Source: Desulfomicrobium sp. (GTDB lineage Bacteria; Desulfobacterota; Desulfovibrionia; Desulfovibrionales; Desulfomicrobiaceae). From it: 64,000 bases of DNA. Below the pieces are notes generated by a model that saw nothing but the letters and a program-made list of their open reading frames with translations, ran no database searches and had not been told where the DNA came from. Within the stretch, counting starts at the first letter, position 1; every line of letters starts with the position of its first letter. The stretch is from the NCBI GenBank assembly GCA_040768745.1, contig JAXGMI010000003.1:32001-96000 (forward strand), in the 5' to 3' direction. Below are positions 10,266-20,649 of this stretch, piece after piece. The position numbers were made by a program, and so were the translations under genes.

Positions 10266-10637
10266 ATGGGACTCAAACATATTTGGACCTTCGCCATCGT
10301 GGCCGTGGCCGCCTTGTTCCTCTGCACGACCAATGCCCTGGGAGACGACATCAAGGACCGCATGAAGGCGCGTCTGCCCGTCATCAATGAACTCAAAGCC
10401 CAGGGGCTGGTAGGTGAAAACAATCAGGGGCTGCTGGAATTCCGGACCGGGCACACGCCCCAGGCCGATGTCGTGGCCGCCGAAAACCAGGATCGCAGGC
10501 AGGTCTACAAGGCCATCGCCGCCCGCCAGAACGCCACCCCCGAATTCGTCGGCCAGACCAGGGCCGCCCAGATCGCGGACAAGGAGCCTTCCGGATTCTG
10601 GATCCAGAACGCAGACGGATCCTGGACCAAAAAATAA
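10266..10637 (+). CDS. ydbL: YdbL / DUF1318 family periplasmic protein
   Basis: Signal peptide; LKAQGLVGENNQGLL, ENQDRRQVYKAIA, C-terminal GFWIQ...W.KK. Confidence 0.85.
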   Translation: MGLKHIWTFAIVAVAALFLCTTNALGDDIKDRMKARLPVINELKAQGLVGENNQGLLEFRTGHTPQADVVAAENQDRRQVYKAIAARQNATPEFVGQTRAAQIADKEPSGFWIQNADGSWTKK

Positions 10638-10967
10638 ATGCCGGGATGCGGCGGCAGGGTGAAAAACGGCACTTTTCCGCCGCTGTCCCCACGACCCGTC
10701 CGCTCCGACCCGCCCTTTTCTGGTCCGTCCGGAAGTTCGTGGTGCCGGGATTCCGGGCGGTTTCAGGATCAGATCCGCGTTCCGGGACCGGACCGGCCCC
10801 CGCACGCACGAGTCCCGTCTTGACCATCGGCCCGCAACCTGCTCTTGCAGCCTCCGTCCGGAACCTGCCAGGCCGCGTTTCTTGACCCGGAACAGTCCAG
10901 GCAGTAGAGCTGCCGGGCTGCATGGGGCCAGCCCCTCAATTCACTGTCCCGCATTAAGGAAAGCAAC

Positions 10968-11843
10968 ATGAACCCCCGCGTCCTGCGCGCCAATATCCTG
11001 CTTCTGCTGACCGCCCTGATCTGGGGCGCCGCTTTCGTGGCTCAGCGCATGGGCATGGACCATATGGGCCCCCTGACCTTCAACGGAATCCGCTTCGCCA
11101 TCGGGTCCCTGGCCCTGCTGCCCTTGATCCGTCACATGGGGGGACGCAGGACAACCCAAGCTCCGGGCCTTTCGGGAATGCTCCGCAGCGGCATGCTCAT
11201 GGGCGGCCTCCTCTTCCTGGGCGCCTGGCTGCAGCAGTTCGGCCTGTGCTACACCACGGCCGGCAAGGCCGGGTTCATCACCGGTCTCTACGTGGTGTTC
11301 GTCCCCCTGATCGGCATTTTCCTGGGCCACCGCTATGGGTTTGGCACCTGGGCCGGGTCGGCACTGGCCATGGCCGGGATGTACCTCCTGAGCGTCACCG
11401 AGAGCATGTCCATCGGCAAGGGGGATCTGCTGGTCCTTGCCTCAGCTTTTTTCTGGGCCGCGCATGTCATTGTGGTCGGCAAACTGACCCGGGGCATCGC
11501 CGCCGTGGACGCCGTCATACTGTCCTCCATCCAGTTCGCCACCTGCAGTCTGGCCAGTCTGGCCGGAGCGGTCGTGGTCGAAGACATCACCCTGGCCGGC
11601 CTGCGGGGAGGAATCATCCCCCTCCTCTACGGAGGGTTGATGAGCGTGGGCGTGGCCTACACCCTGCAGGTCGTGGCCCAGCGTGACGCCCGGCCCGCCC
11701 CGGCGGCCATCATTTTGAGCCTGGAGGCCGTGTTTGCAGTGCTGACCGGCTGGCTGCTGCTGGGGGAAACACTGACGCTCCAGGCCCTGATCGGCTGTGC
11801 CCTGATGCTGGGTGGAATGATCTGGTCCCAGATCAGACCCTGA
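10968..11843 (+). CDS. EamA/DMT family transporter
   Basis: About 10 TM segments, IWG.AFVAQ, AGFITGLYVVFVP, AIILSLEAVFA. Confidence 0.88.
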   Translation: MNPRVLRANILLLLTALIWGAAFVAQRMGMDHMGPLTFNGIRFAIGSLALLPLIRHMGGRRTTQAPGLSGMLRSGMLMGGLLFLGAWLQQFGLCYTTAGKAGFITGLYVVFVPLIGIFLGHRYGFGTWAGSALAMAGMYLLSVTESMSIGKGDLLVLASAFFWAAHVIVVGKLTRGIAAVDAVILSSIQFATCSLASLAGAVVVEDITLAGLRGGIIPLLYGGLMSVGVAYTLQVVAQRDARPAPAAIILSLEAVFAVLTGWLLLGETLTLQALIGCALMLGGMIWSQIRP

Positions 11844-11869
11844 ACAACGACGCACCCCTGAGACGCACC

Positions 11870-12721
11870 ATGCAAGTCAGACACCTCTTCTCGAGCCTGT
11901 CCACCCGCTGCCGCCGGCATCCCCGGATCGCCCTCATCGCCCTGGCAGCCGTCATTGTGGCCCTTGTCGCTGCGCAGAGACTTTTTCCATGCCTTTTCCG
12001 GCAATTCCCCGCCCTGCACGAGATTTCCCCTCCGCGGCCGATCCCTGCCATTCCCAAAAACCTGTCCGGGCTGACCTGGAACGAGGAAACCGCCACCCTG
12101 TTTGCCGTGACGAACCAGCCCGAGCTCGTCTTTGAGCTGACTCCCCAGGGACAGGTCCTGCGGCAGGTCAGGCTGCGCGGCTTCGAGGACACCGAAGGCA
12201 TTGCGCACATCAAGGGCACCCTCTTCGCGGTGGTGGAAGAACGCAGGGCCATCCTCGACATCTTCCACATTCCGGACAATGCCACGGAGGTGGATCACAC
12301 CGGGGCCCAGCGCCTGCAACTCGGCCCGGAAGACCCGAAAAACAAGGGCTTCGAGAGTCTGGCGTACGATCCCGGGACCAGGACCCTGCACACAATGCGC
12401 GAAGGCAGGCCCTTTGTCCGCCTCTCCATTCCCCTGGACGGGCACTTCCGCCCCGGGAGCATCCAGCACAGCCCCCTCCCCGAGCTCAATGTGCGGGACG
12501 TGGCGTCGGTCATCCGCGAACCAGACGGAACCCTGTGGATCCTGAGCGAGAAATCCTCGTGCATCGTCCTGTTGGGTGGGGATGGCCGTGTGCTGCGCAC
12601 GTTCAAGCTCGACGTGGACCCGGAGTCCTTCAGGCCCGAAGGCATCACCCGCGCCCCGGACGGCAGGATTTTTCTCGTCGGCGAGCCCAACATCCTGGCA
12701 GAATACGCCCTGCCGCACTGA
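11870..12721 (+). CDS. SdiA-regulated (YjiK-like) beta-propeller protein
   Basis: NLSGLTWN, DTEGIA, NKGFESLAYD, PEGIT..G.IFLVGEPN repeats. Confidence 0.8.
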   Translation: MQVRHLFSSLSTRCRRHPRIALIALAAVIVALVAAQRLFPCLFRQFPALHEISPPRPIPAIPKNLSGLTWNEETATLFAVTNQPELVFELTPQGQVLRQVRLRGFEDTEGIAHIKGTLFAVVEERRAILDIFHIPDNATEVDHTGAQRLQLGPEDPKNKGFESLAYDPGTRTLHTMREGRPFVRLSIPLDGHFRPGSIQHSPLPELNVRDVASVIREPDGTLWILSEKSSCIVLLGGDGRVLRTFKLDVDPESFRPEGITRAPDGRIFLVGEPNILAEYALPH

Positions 12722-12838
12722 AAAGCCGAGCGCTTCCCGGTCATCAGCCCGGCCCCCGGCCCATTTCCCTCTTGCATTGCCGGGTGAAAAGCGTAGTCCA
12801 CCCATGCTGATTGACTGAACAATGAGGAGGAGATCAGA

Positions 12839-14437
12839 GTGGTGGAACTGTTCAACAATCCCGTTTTCCTGCTTCTGGCCGTCATCCTGTGCGGCTACGG
12901 ACTTGGCCGGATCAGGCTCAAAACGCTCTCGCTGGGCTCCGCGGCCATCATCTTTGCCGGGCTGGCCTTCGGTCTGGCCGATTACGGACTCCCTCCCGTA
13001 CTCCAATCCCTGGGCCTGTCCCTCTTCATTTTTGCCGTCGGTCAGCAGGCCGGGCCTGGTTTTGTGCATTCCATGCGGCGTGAAGGCTTTACCCTGATCC
13101 TGGGGACCCTGGGCATGATCGCCGTGGGCCTGGGGGTGGCCCTGCTCCTCAAATCCTGGCTCGGATTCTCCCCCGACATAACGGCCGGCCTTTTCGCCGG
13201 GGCCCTGACCTCCACCCCGTCCCTGGCCGTGGCCGTGGAAATGTCCCACGACAGCCAGGCTCCGGCAGCCTACGGCGTGACCTATCTTTTCAGCGTGATC
13301 GGGGTTGTCCTGCTGGTCAGGCTCATGCCCTGGGCCCTGGGCGTGTCCATCCGTCAGGAAGAGGAACGGCTGGAGCAGGAAATGGCCCTGCTCCACCCGC
13401 AGGTGGACTTCACGCACTTGCGGGTCACCAATCAGAACCTGTGTGCAGGGCCGCTCCGTCAGGTCCTGCCCGAGGGCATGGCCGGGGTGACCATCACCCG
13501 GGTGCTGCGCAGCGGGGCCCGCGCACCGGAGCTGGCCACGGCCGAGAGCGTGCTGAACATAGGTGATCTGGTGCGGGTGGTCGGAACGAGGGACATGTTG
13601 CACCAGGCCGAGGTCATCATCGGCCCGGCCGTGGAGGCGGACCTGACCTTCAATTCCCTGCTGGTCAAAAAGGAAATCCTGCTCTCGCGCAAGGACGTGG
13701 CCGGAAAGACCCTGCGCGCCCTGAATCTGACCCATGTCTACGGGGTGCAGGTCTCGCGGATCACCAGGAACGGGTTCGACTGCCCGGCCGGGGCCAATGT
13801 CCGTCTGCGCCAGGGCGACGTCGTGCACGTGGTCGGGCACCCCGAGGCCCTGGAAAACGTCAAGAAACTGCTGGGCGACGACGTGCGGGAACTCTATGTG
13901 GTCAGCGTGGCCGTTATCCTATCCGGCCTGTTCTGCGGCATGCTCCTCGGAACAATCCCCCTCTATCTGCCCGGCCTGGGCCTTTTCACCCTCGGTCCCA
14001 CCGGGGGGATACTCCTGGCCGGACTTGGATTCGGGGCCATTCGCCAGATCGGCCCAATGGTCACCGAGCTGCCGCCCACGGCCACGACCATGCTGCGCGA
14101 CCTGGGGTTGGGCCTCTTCCTGGCCGCGGTCGGAACCAAGGCCGGAGCCACCCTGGTCCCGACCATGACCCAGTACGGACCGGCCCTGATCCTGGCCGGG
14201 GCGGCCGTCACCGTCTCCACCGCCCTGGCCGGCGCCGCCTTGTGCTTGCTTGCCTTACGCGTTCCGTTCCTGCGCACCCTCGGCGTCGTCGCCGGAGGCA
14301 TGACCTCCACCACCGGCCTGGACGCGGCCGCCGGCGTGAGCCCCACCACCTATGCGGCCACGGCCTTCGCCACGGTCTATCCTGTGGCCCTCATCGGCAA
14401 GATAGTGGCCACCAAGATCATCATGCTCCTGGGATGA
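12839..14437 (+). CDS. Aspartate:alanine exchanger (YidE/YbjL) family transporter with TrkA-C domains
   Basis: Duplicated GALTSTP / GGMTSTT membrane halves around two RCK-C-like domains; GTG start after AGGAGG. Confidence 0.85.
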   Translation: MVELFNNPVFLLLAVILCGYGLGRIRLKTLSLGSAAIIFAGLAFGLADYGLPPVLQSLGLSLFIFAVGQQAGPGFVHSMRREGFTLILGTLGMIAVGLGVALLLKSWLGFSPDITAGLFAGALTSTPSLAVAVEMSHDSQAPAAYGVTYLFSVIGVVLLVRLMPWALGVSIRQEEERLEQEMALLHPQVDFTHLRVTNQNLCAGPLRQVLPEGMAGVTITRVLRSGARAPELATAESVLNIGDLVRVVGTRDMLHQAEVIIGPAVEADLTFNSLLVKKEILLSRKDVAGKTLRALNLTHVYGVQVSRITRNGFDCPAGANVRLRQGDVVHVVGHPEALENVKKLLGDDVRELYVVSVAVILSGLFCGMLLGTIPLYLPGLGLFTLGPTGGILLAGLGFGAIRQIGPMVTELPPTATTMLRDLGLGLFLAAVGTKAGATLVPTMTQYGPALILAGAAVTVSTALAGAALCLLALRVPFLRTLGVVAGGMTSTTGLDAAAGVSPTTYAATAFATVYPVALIGKIVATKIIMLLG

Positions 14438-14449
14438 TCGCGGTCCTCT

Positions 14450-14928
14450 TCAGTTTCCTGACCCGCCCTTGACCACGGGCCCGTCAGCCGCGCCCGTGTT
14501 CTCGGGCATGGGTGCGGCCACGACTTCGCCGCGGACGCTGACCTGGCCCAGAGCCAGGATCTCCACCACCGCCGCGATCTTCCTGCCGCGACGCTCCTTG
14601 ACTGCGCCCCGCGGCTCCAGCTCCGGCCCCAGGGGCGTGGCCGCAGAAAGTCCAGGCGCAGCAAGGCGGTCACGAACCGGGGCACCACCCCATGGCCAGG
14701 GCAGACAGAGGCCGTGGCCACGCCGTGACAGTCCACCAGCGAGGCCAGAAGCCCGCCGTATACGAATCCTGGCAGGGCGATGTGCTCCGGCCGGGGCGTG
14801 AACCGGGCCAGGCATTGATCCCCGTCCCAAAGGAAGGTGATGTGCAGCCCGTGCCTGTTATTTTTGCCGCACCCTTAGCAATGGCTCAACTCCTCGCCAT
14901 AACGGTGCTGCACCGGAAGGACGGTCAT
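14450..14928 (-). pseudogene. PaaI/hotdog-fold thioesterase pseudogene (in-frame TAA plus frameshift)
   Basis: Reconstructs as MTVLPVQHRYGEELSHC*GCGKNNRHGLHITFLWDG...GFVYGGLLASLVDCHG...RFVTALLRLDFLRP/TPLGPELE...; TAA at 14875-14877 falls inside the C(Y/F)GCG motif; 1-nt loss near 14639. Confidence 0.8.
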
Positions 14929-15066
14929 GGCTTCCTTTTGACCGTGAAAAGGACACAACCCATGCCTCCAAGGCCGCGGCCCAGGGGGCCCGGCGTTGCC
15001 TCTGCCGGATGGCTCATGCCCGCGCTCCGGCCGCGGGACATGCCGCCACCCGTCTTCATCCCAGCC

Positions 15067-15336
15067 CTACTGCTTCTTCTGCCCCGACAGCCATTCTATG
15101 ATGGCTGTGTGCTCTTCCTGGCTCACAACCGGAGCTTTCTTCTTGGCCAGCATCCGGTCCACGGTCACTGTCCAGGCGGCCTTGTCCTTGACACCGTAGG
15201 CAGCCTTGACCCTGGCCAGGTCGTGACAGGCCGCGCAGGTCTTCTCCACCAGAGGACCGCCGTCCCCTGCAAGGGCGAAAACCGGCATCAGACAAAGCAC
15301 CATCGCCACCATCCACACACCTGCTGTCCTTTTCAT
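15067..15336 (-). CDS. Small periplasmic monoheme cytochrome c
   Basis: Signal peptide, single CAACH heme motif, W..TV.RM candidate distal Met; AGGAG RBS. Confidence 0.8.
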   Translation of the reverse strand: MKRTAGVWMVAMVLCLMPVFALAGDGGPLVEKTCAACHDLARVKAAYGVKDKAAWTVTVDRMLAKKKAPVVSQEEHTAIIEWLSGQKKQ

Positions 15337-15465
15337 GTTTGCTCCTGCATTGAACGTGCAATGACACCGTGGAAACTCCTGTAGCGCAGCATTGCTCTGA
15401 TGAAAAGACAGGGGAGAAAATGGCAGACACGGACTCTCGGCATCCCGGAGGTTTTCTGCCCGTTC

Positions 15466-16842
15466 TCACGCGTCGTCAGGCTGCCTGCTGTTTCCCCGCG
15501 CAAGGGAGAGGAACACACCGGCCACGCAGAGACCTGCACAGACCTCGAAGATGATGCGCATGCTGACCAGGAACTGCGCAACCGTGTCGGCGCCCACAGG
15601 CCGCCCCTGCATGGTGAAGCCGAAAACCACGCTGGCGACACCCATGGACAAGGACATGCCGAAGGTGCGCATGGTCGCCACAAGGCTGGAGGCGATGCTG
15701 TAATCCTTGGGAGAGACACTGCCCATGATGACGTTCATGTTGGGCGAGGCGAAAAGGGCGAACCCCAACCCCATCAGGGCCAGCATCCCCACGACCGTCC
15801 AGACCCCCGTGTCCTCCCTGACGAAGCCCAGGCCCAGCAGGCCGACCCCGCACAGGGCCATGCCCAGGGTGGCCATGAACCCCGCGTTGAAACGGTCGGA
15901 CAGCACCCCGGCCACAGGGGAGAGCACGGCCTGCACCGCGGGTTGCACGACGAGCACGAGCCCGGCGTGCACCGGCAAGAATCCCTTGACCACCTGCAGA
16001 TAGAGACTGAGCAGGAATCCCACCGCAAAGGTGCCGGAGTAGTTGATCATGGTTGCCAGGGTGGACATCAGAAAAACCCGGTTTCCTGTGAACAGCCGCA
16101 GGCTGACCACCGGATGCTCGGCCCGACGAAGATGGCGCACCAGGAAGATCATGGCTGCTGCGGCCAGTCCGAGCATGGTCAACCCCCACCGGGGTTCGGC
16201 CAGGCCGGTCAGGCCTTTGATCCCGGTCAGCACCACGGCTGCGTACAGCACGGTTCCCGCCACATCGAAGGTCTCGTCCCGGGCCGGACGCCATTCCTGG
16301 TCAATCCGGCAGGCCAGGATCCAGGCCAGAATTCCGGGAATGAGGCAGAGGTAGAACACGGCCCGCCATCCGGCCCAATCCGTCAGCAGGCCGCCCAGAA
16401 GCGGACCCACCGAGAGTCCGACATAGACGCAGCCGATGACGATGCCCATGGCCCGGCCCCGATCCTTGGCCGGGTAAAGGCTGGTGACAATGGCAATGCC
16501 GGTGGAGTTGATCATGGCCGCCCCGATGCCCTGCAGCACACGCAAAAAGATCAGGGCTCCGATGGACCAGGACAGGGACACCAGCATAGTGGACAGGGTG
16601 AACCAGGCCGTGCCCCACACAAAAACCCTCCGGCGGCCGACGATGTCCGCTATGCGCCCGATGGGCAGCAGAATCACGGAAAGGGAGAGCACATAGCCTC
16701 CCACAACCCAGCTCAATTCCACGGCTGTGGCGGAAAGGGCGGTCTGGATGGTCGGCAGGGCGATGCCCACGGCGGACATCATGAACGGGACGAGAAAACT
16801 GGCCACGGCCGAGGCGGCCAAAGCGGTGGAACGAGTGGACAT
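15466..16842 (-). CDS. MFS transporter, DHA2 (14-TM) drug efflux-like
   Basis: GRIADIVGRRR motif A, RVLQGIGAAM, GPLLGGLL motif C; ATG 16842 after GGAGG. Confidence 0.88.
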   Translation of the reverse strand: MSTRSTALAASAVASFLVPFMMSAVGIALPTIQTALSATAVELSWVVGGYVLSLSVILLPIGRIADIVGRRRVFVWGTAWFTLSTMLVSLSWSIGALIFLRVLQGIGAAMINSTGIAIVTSLYPAKDRGRAMGIVIGCVYVGLSVGPLLGGLLTDWAGWRAVFYLCLIPGILAWILACRIDQEWRPARDETFDVAGTVLYAAVVLTGIKGLTGLAEPRWGLTMLGLAAAAMIFLVRHLRRAEHPVVSLRLFTGNRVFLMSTLATMINYSGTFAVGFLLSLYLQVVKGFLPVHAGLVLVVQPAVQAVLSPVAGVLSDRFNAGFMATLGMALCGVGLLGLGFVREDTGVWTVVGMLALMGLGFALFASPNMNVIMGSVSPKDYSIASSLVATMRTFGMSLSMGVASVVFGFTMQGRPVGADTVAQFLVSMRIIFEVCAGLCVAGVFLSLARGNSRQPDDA

Positions 16843-16991
16843 GGACCCTCCGGAACGACCCGACATGGGTAGCCTGACAGGCCGGCCAGGGCAAGCATGC
16901 CGATCCAGGGCAAAATCGGCGGATCAGGGCCTGGAGCCCTCTTGTTTTCAGCAAATCGATGATCTATCGGCTTGGGGCGCAAGGAGGCTGT

Positions 16992-17906
16992 ATGCTGCAA
17001 TCCATGAATGAACTGCGGGACCGCGCTCTGGCCCTGCCCCGTCAGACCGTGGCCGTGGCCTGCGCCCACGACAAGGAAGCCATGAAGGCCGTGGCGCAGG
17101 CCCATTCGCTGGGCCTGGCCCATTTCGTTCTCGTGGGCAACACGGACAAGATCAAAACCATTGCCGATAAATTGGAACTGAACCTGGACAGCTTCGAGCT
17201 GGTCGAAGCCCGCGGCGAAGAGGCCGGAGCGGCCAGCGCCGTCAAGGTGGTCGCCTCGGGGCGGGCCCAGATCCTCCTCAAAGGCTTCCTCGACTCTTCC
17301 GTCCTGCTCAAGGCCGTGCTGGACCGCAGCACAGGTCTGCGCGACGGAGGCATGGTCAGCCATACCGTGGTCATGGACGTGCCGGGATTCCCCAAACTCT
17401 ATCTTTTGACCGACGCGGCCATGAACATCCGGCCGGACTTGGAGGCCAAGCGGCAGATCGTGCTCAACGCCGTGAAGGTCGCCAACGCGCTGGGCAATCA
17501 CGATCCCATTGTCGGCGTGCTCTGCGAGTCCGAAAAGGTCAATCCCAAGATGCCGGCGACCATGGACGCCTCGGCCCTGGTGGAAATGAACCGCAACGGC
17601 GGTCTGCCAGGCTGCAGGGTCGGCGGGCCCTATGCCCTGGACAACGCCATCAGCGAGGTGGCCGCCCGGCACAAAGGCATGAAAGACCCCTTGGCCGGCA
17701 GGGCCGACATCCTGCTGGCCCCTGATCTGGCGGCAGGCAACATCTTCTACAAATGCCTCATGTACTTCGCCCGGGCCAGGTCCGCCGGCGTGGTCATGGG
17801 CACCAAGGCCCCCGTGCTGCTCAATTCCAGGGCAGATTCCCACGAGACAAAGATCAACGCCGTGGCCCTGGGCATCCTCATCGCCGCTGCCGGGGGCAGG
17901 GCGTGA
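16992..17906 (+). CDS. ptb: Phosphate butyryltransferase / phosphate acyltransferase
   Basis: LLKG, TDAAMNIRP, GPYALDNAIS, PDLAAGNIFYK, SRADS; AAGGAGG RBS; adjacent to buk. Confidence 0.88.
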   Translation: MLQSMNELRDRALALPRQTVAVACAHDKEAMKAVAQAHSLGLAHFVLVGNTDKIKTIADKLELNLDSFELVEARGEEAGAASAVKVVASGRAQILLKGFLDSSVLLKAVLDRSTGLRDGGMVSHTVVMDVPGFPKLYLLTDAAMNIRPDLEAKRQIVLNAVKVANALGNHDPIVGVLCESEKVNPKMPATMDASALVEMNRNGGLPGCRVGGPYALDNAISEVAARHKGMKDPLAGRADILLAPDLAAGNIFYKCLMYFARARSAGVVMGTKAPVLLNSRADSHETKINAVALGILIAAAGGRA

Positions 17907-18976
17907 TCCCGCGCATCCTGGTCATCAATCCCGGCTCCACGTCCACGAAGATCGCTGTCTTTGCCGGGGAAGCACCGGTCTTCGTCGAGACCATACGCCA
18001 CGAGGCCGCGGACCTGGCCCGCTTCGGCCAGATCATGGACCAGGAGGGGTACCGGCGGGACCTCATCCTGTCCGGCCTGGACAGACATGGAATGACTCTT
18101 GCCGACCTGGCGGCAGTCATCGGCCGGGGCGGGCTGATGCGCCCCATCCCCGGCGGGGTCTACGCCGTGGACAAAGGCATGCTGGCCGACCTGAAATCCT
18201 GCCGTTTCGGCGTCCACGCCTCGAACCTCGGGGCCATCCTGGCCCGCGACCTGGCGGACGCAGCCGATATCCCGGCCTTCATCGCCGACCCTGTGGTGGT
18301 GGACGAACTGGGCCCCCTGGCCCGCTATTCCGGCCATCCGGCCATCACCCGGCGCAGCGTCTTCCACGCCCTCAACCACAAGGCCGTGGCCCGGCGGGCC
18401 TCGGTGGAGCTCGGGCAGCCCTATGAGCGTCTGCGGCTGGTCATCGCCCATCTGGGCGGCGGCGTGAGTGTGGGCGCCCATGAAAACGGGCGGGTGGTCG
18501 ATGTCAACAATGCCCTGGACGGCGAGGGGCCATTTTCTCCGGAGCGCAGCGGTGGCCTGCCCGCCGCGCAGGTGGTGGACTGGTGCACCGCTGCGGACGC
18601 GGACGAAAAAACGATCCGCCTGCGCATTGCCGGGCAGGGCGGATTTCTGGCCTATCTCGGCACGGCCAGCGGCCTTGAGATCCAGAACCGCATCCAGGCC
18701 GGAGACGAGAGCGCCCGGGAGGTGCACGCGGCACTGGCCTATCAGGTGGCCAAGGAAATCGGATCCATGGGGGCAGTCCTCAGCGGACGGGTCGACGCCG
18801 TCATCCTCACCGGCGGACTCGTCGGCGACCAGGACCTGGTGCGCCTCATCGCCTCCAGGATTGGGTTTCTTGGCCGGATCCTGGTCTATCCGGGAGAGGA
18901 CGAGATGGGCGCCCTGGCTCAGGCCGCTCACCGTGTGCTGTGCGGAACCGAACAGGCCCTGACCTATCCGGGCTGA
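17903..18976 (+). CDS. buk: Butyrate kinase
   Basis: ILVINPGSTSTKIA, GRGG, HASNLG, HALNHKAV, GPFSPERSG, YPGEDEM; GTGA overlap with ptb. Confidence 0.92.
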   Translation: MIPRILVINPGSTSTKIAVFAGEAPVFVETIRHEAADLARFGQIMDQEGYRRDLILSGLDRHGMTLADLAAVIGRGGLMRPIPGGVYAVDKGMLADLKSCRFGVHASNLGAILARDLADAADIPAFIADPVVVDELGPLARYSGHPAITRRSVFHALNHKAVARRASVELGQPYERLRLVIAHLGGGVSVGAHENGRVVDVNNALDGEGPFSPERSGGLPAAQVVDWCTAADADEKTIRLRIAGQGGFLAYLGTASGLEIQNRIQAGDESAREVHAALAYQVAKEIGSMGAVLSGRVDAVILTGGLVGDQDLVRLIASRIGFLGRILVYPGEDEMGALAQAAHRVLCGTEQALTYPG

Positions 18977-19120
18977 AGCGGGCCTCGTTCTCCCGCGGGC
19001 GACCTGCCACCTGGATGCCTGCCGGATCACCCCTGCTTCGCATGCGGGCAACCTTCCTGGCCAGGGCTGGCTGGAAGCCAGCATCATTTTTCCATGGGCC
19101 GCAAATTCTGGCCAGAGGCC

Positions 19121-19147
19121 AAAAAAAACCCTGCCGGGGCAGGGTTT
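19121..19147 (-). terminator. Rho-independent terminator of the RRM gene
   Basis: AAACCCTGCC-gg-GGCAGGGTTT preceded by an A8 run. Confidence 0.7.
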
Positions 19148-19166
19148 GTGGCTCAGATCGACGCGA

Positions 19167-19436
19167 CTACCATCTGGGCCGGCGTTCACGCTCGGGACGG
19201 GGACGGGCTTCGTTGACCTTCAGGGAACGTCCGCCGTAATCGGCGCCGTCCAGGGCGGCGATGGCCTCATCCGCCCCGCTTTCCATCTCCACGAAACCAA
19301 ACCCGCGGGCTCTGCCTGTCTCACGGTCGGAAATGAGTTTGACATTTGCAACCTGGCCATACGTGGCGAACAGGTTTTCCACATCCTGCTCGGTGGCACT
19401 CCAGGGCAGGTTTCCGACATAAATGTTCTTCGACAT
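19167..19436 (-). CDS. Single-RRM RNA-binding protein
   Basis: MSKNIYVGNL (RNP2), RGFGFVEM (RNP1), LKVNEARPR. Confidence 0.93.
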   Translation of the reverse strand: MSKNIYVGNLPWSATEQDVENLFATYGQVANVKLISDRETGRARGFGFVEMESGADEAIAALDGADYGGRSLKVNEARPRPERERRPRW

Positions 19437-19698
19437 AATACACTCGTCTCCTTGAAAAAAACTGAAAATTCCAGGTCGAGTCTCCCATCGGATCTGTCGC
19501 GCCTTTGGGTCCGAACCCTTCCCGTCTCCACACACCCTGCACCAACCGACCTCCGATTGATACATGGGGATGGCCATTACGTGCTTCTGGGCAAAGAGGC
19601 AAGGGTTTCTTTCAGAACGACAGTCATTTTCTCCCTCTTTGCCGGCCCTTCCTTCCGCCCGGCAACCGACATGGACCCGATGCGGGCATTCTGCTTGC

Positions 19699-19718
19699 AA
19701 TAACTAACAAGAGTTATT
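19699..19718. promoter_or_regulatory. 7-6-7 inverted repeat operator upstream of the glycyl-radical operon
   Basis: AATAACT-aacaag-AGTTATT, overlapping a TTGCAA -35-like hexamer, 10 bp before ATG 19729. Confidence 0.5.
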
Positions 19719-19728
19719 ACTGAATTTC

Positions 19729-20649
19729 ATGGCCAGTTCCACATCCATGACCGGCACCCTCTTCGCCATCAAACGCTACGCCTTGCACGACGGGCCGGAC
19801 CTGCGCATAAGCGTGTTCTTCAAGGGCTGTCCCCTGTCCTGCCTGTGGTGCCACAACCCCGAAGGCATGCGGTCTGGACCGGAAGCCCATACCTCACCTG
19901 AAAAATGCGTGGCCTGCGGGGCGTGCCTGCTGGCTTGTCCGCACAATGCGCTGCGCGCCGCGGGCCAGACCCTGATCCGGGACCCCTCCGCCTGCCCGGC
20001 CTGCGGGGCATGCGCCGAGGTCTGCCCGTCCCTGGCCCACGAAGTCGTGGGCCGGACGTGGACCGTGGGGGCCGTGCTCGACGAAATCGAGAAGGACGCG
20101 CCTTTTTTTGAAGGCACCTGCGGCGGGGTGACGTTCTCCGGCGGAGAGCCCCTGGACCAGCCCGAATTTCTGGAGGCCCTGCTGGTCGAGTGCGGCCGCC
20201 GGGGCTGGCACCGGGCCCTGGATACCAGTGGCTTCGCACCCTGGGAAACCCTGGACCGCATCAGACGGCATGTCGATCTTTTCCTGTTTGACTTGAAGCA
20301 CATGGATGCGCGGAAGCATCGCGCATGCACGGGAGTGGACAACGCACTGATCCTCGGCAATCTCCGCATTCTGGCGGATCTGGGCTCCCCTCTCCAGCTG
20401 CGCCTGCCCCTCATTCCGGGCCTGAACGACGACGAGGCCAATCTGCGCAGCACCGGACTCTTCGCCGCTTCCCTGCCCGGGGTGCGCAGCATCGACGTGC
20501 TGCCCTACCACTCCGCGGCCAGGGGCAAATACAAAAAACTTGGCCTCGCCTACCCTGCGGACCGCATCCCGCCGGCAAATGCCGAAATGGTGTCCCGGGC
20601 CGCAACGATTCTGCAGAACTGCGGTCTTTCAGTCCGCATCGGAGGATAG
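19729..20649 (+). CDS. Glycyl-radical enzyme activating protein (radical SAM with ferredoxin insert)
   Basis: HDGP, KGCPLSCLWCHNPE, two CxxCxxCxxxCP motifs, GGVTFSGGEP, LPYH. Confidence 0.92.
   Translation: MASSTSMTGTLFAIKRYALHDGPDLRISVFFKGCPLSCLWCHNPEGMRSGPEAHTSPEKCVACGACLLACPHNALRAAGQTLIRDPSACPACGACAEVCPSLAHEVVGRTWTVGAVLDEIEKDAPFFEGTCGGVTFSGGEPLDQPEFLEALLVECGRRGWHRALDTSGFAPWETLDRIRRHVDLFLFDLKHMDARKHRACTGVDNALILGNLRILADLGSPLQLRLPLIPGLNDDEANLRSTGLFAASLPGVRSIDVLPYHSAARGKYKKLGLAYPADRIPPANAEMVSRAATILQNCGLSVRIGG

Noticed and set aside
14434..14700. Plus-strand frame with several in-frame TGA codons after the exchanger gene (possible selenoprotein)
   Set aside because: It is the antisense of the thioesterase pseudogene; there is no selenoprotein motif or SECIS-like hairpin.
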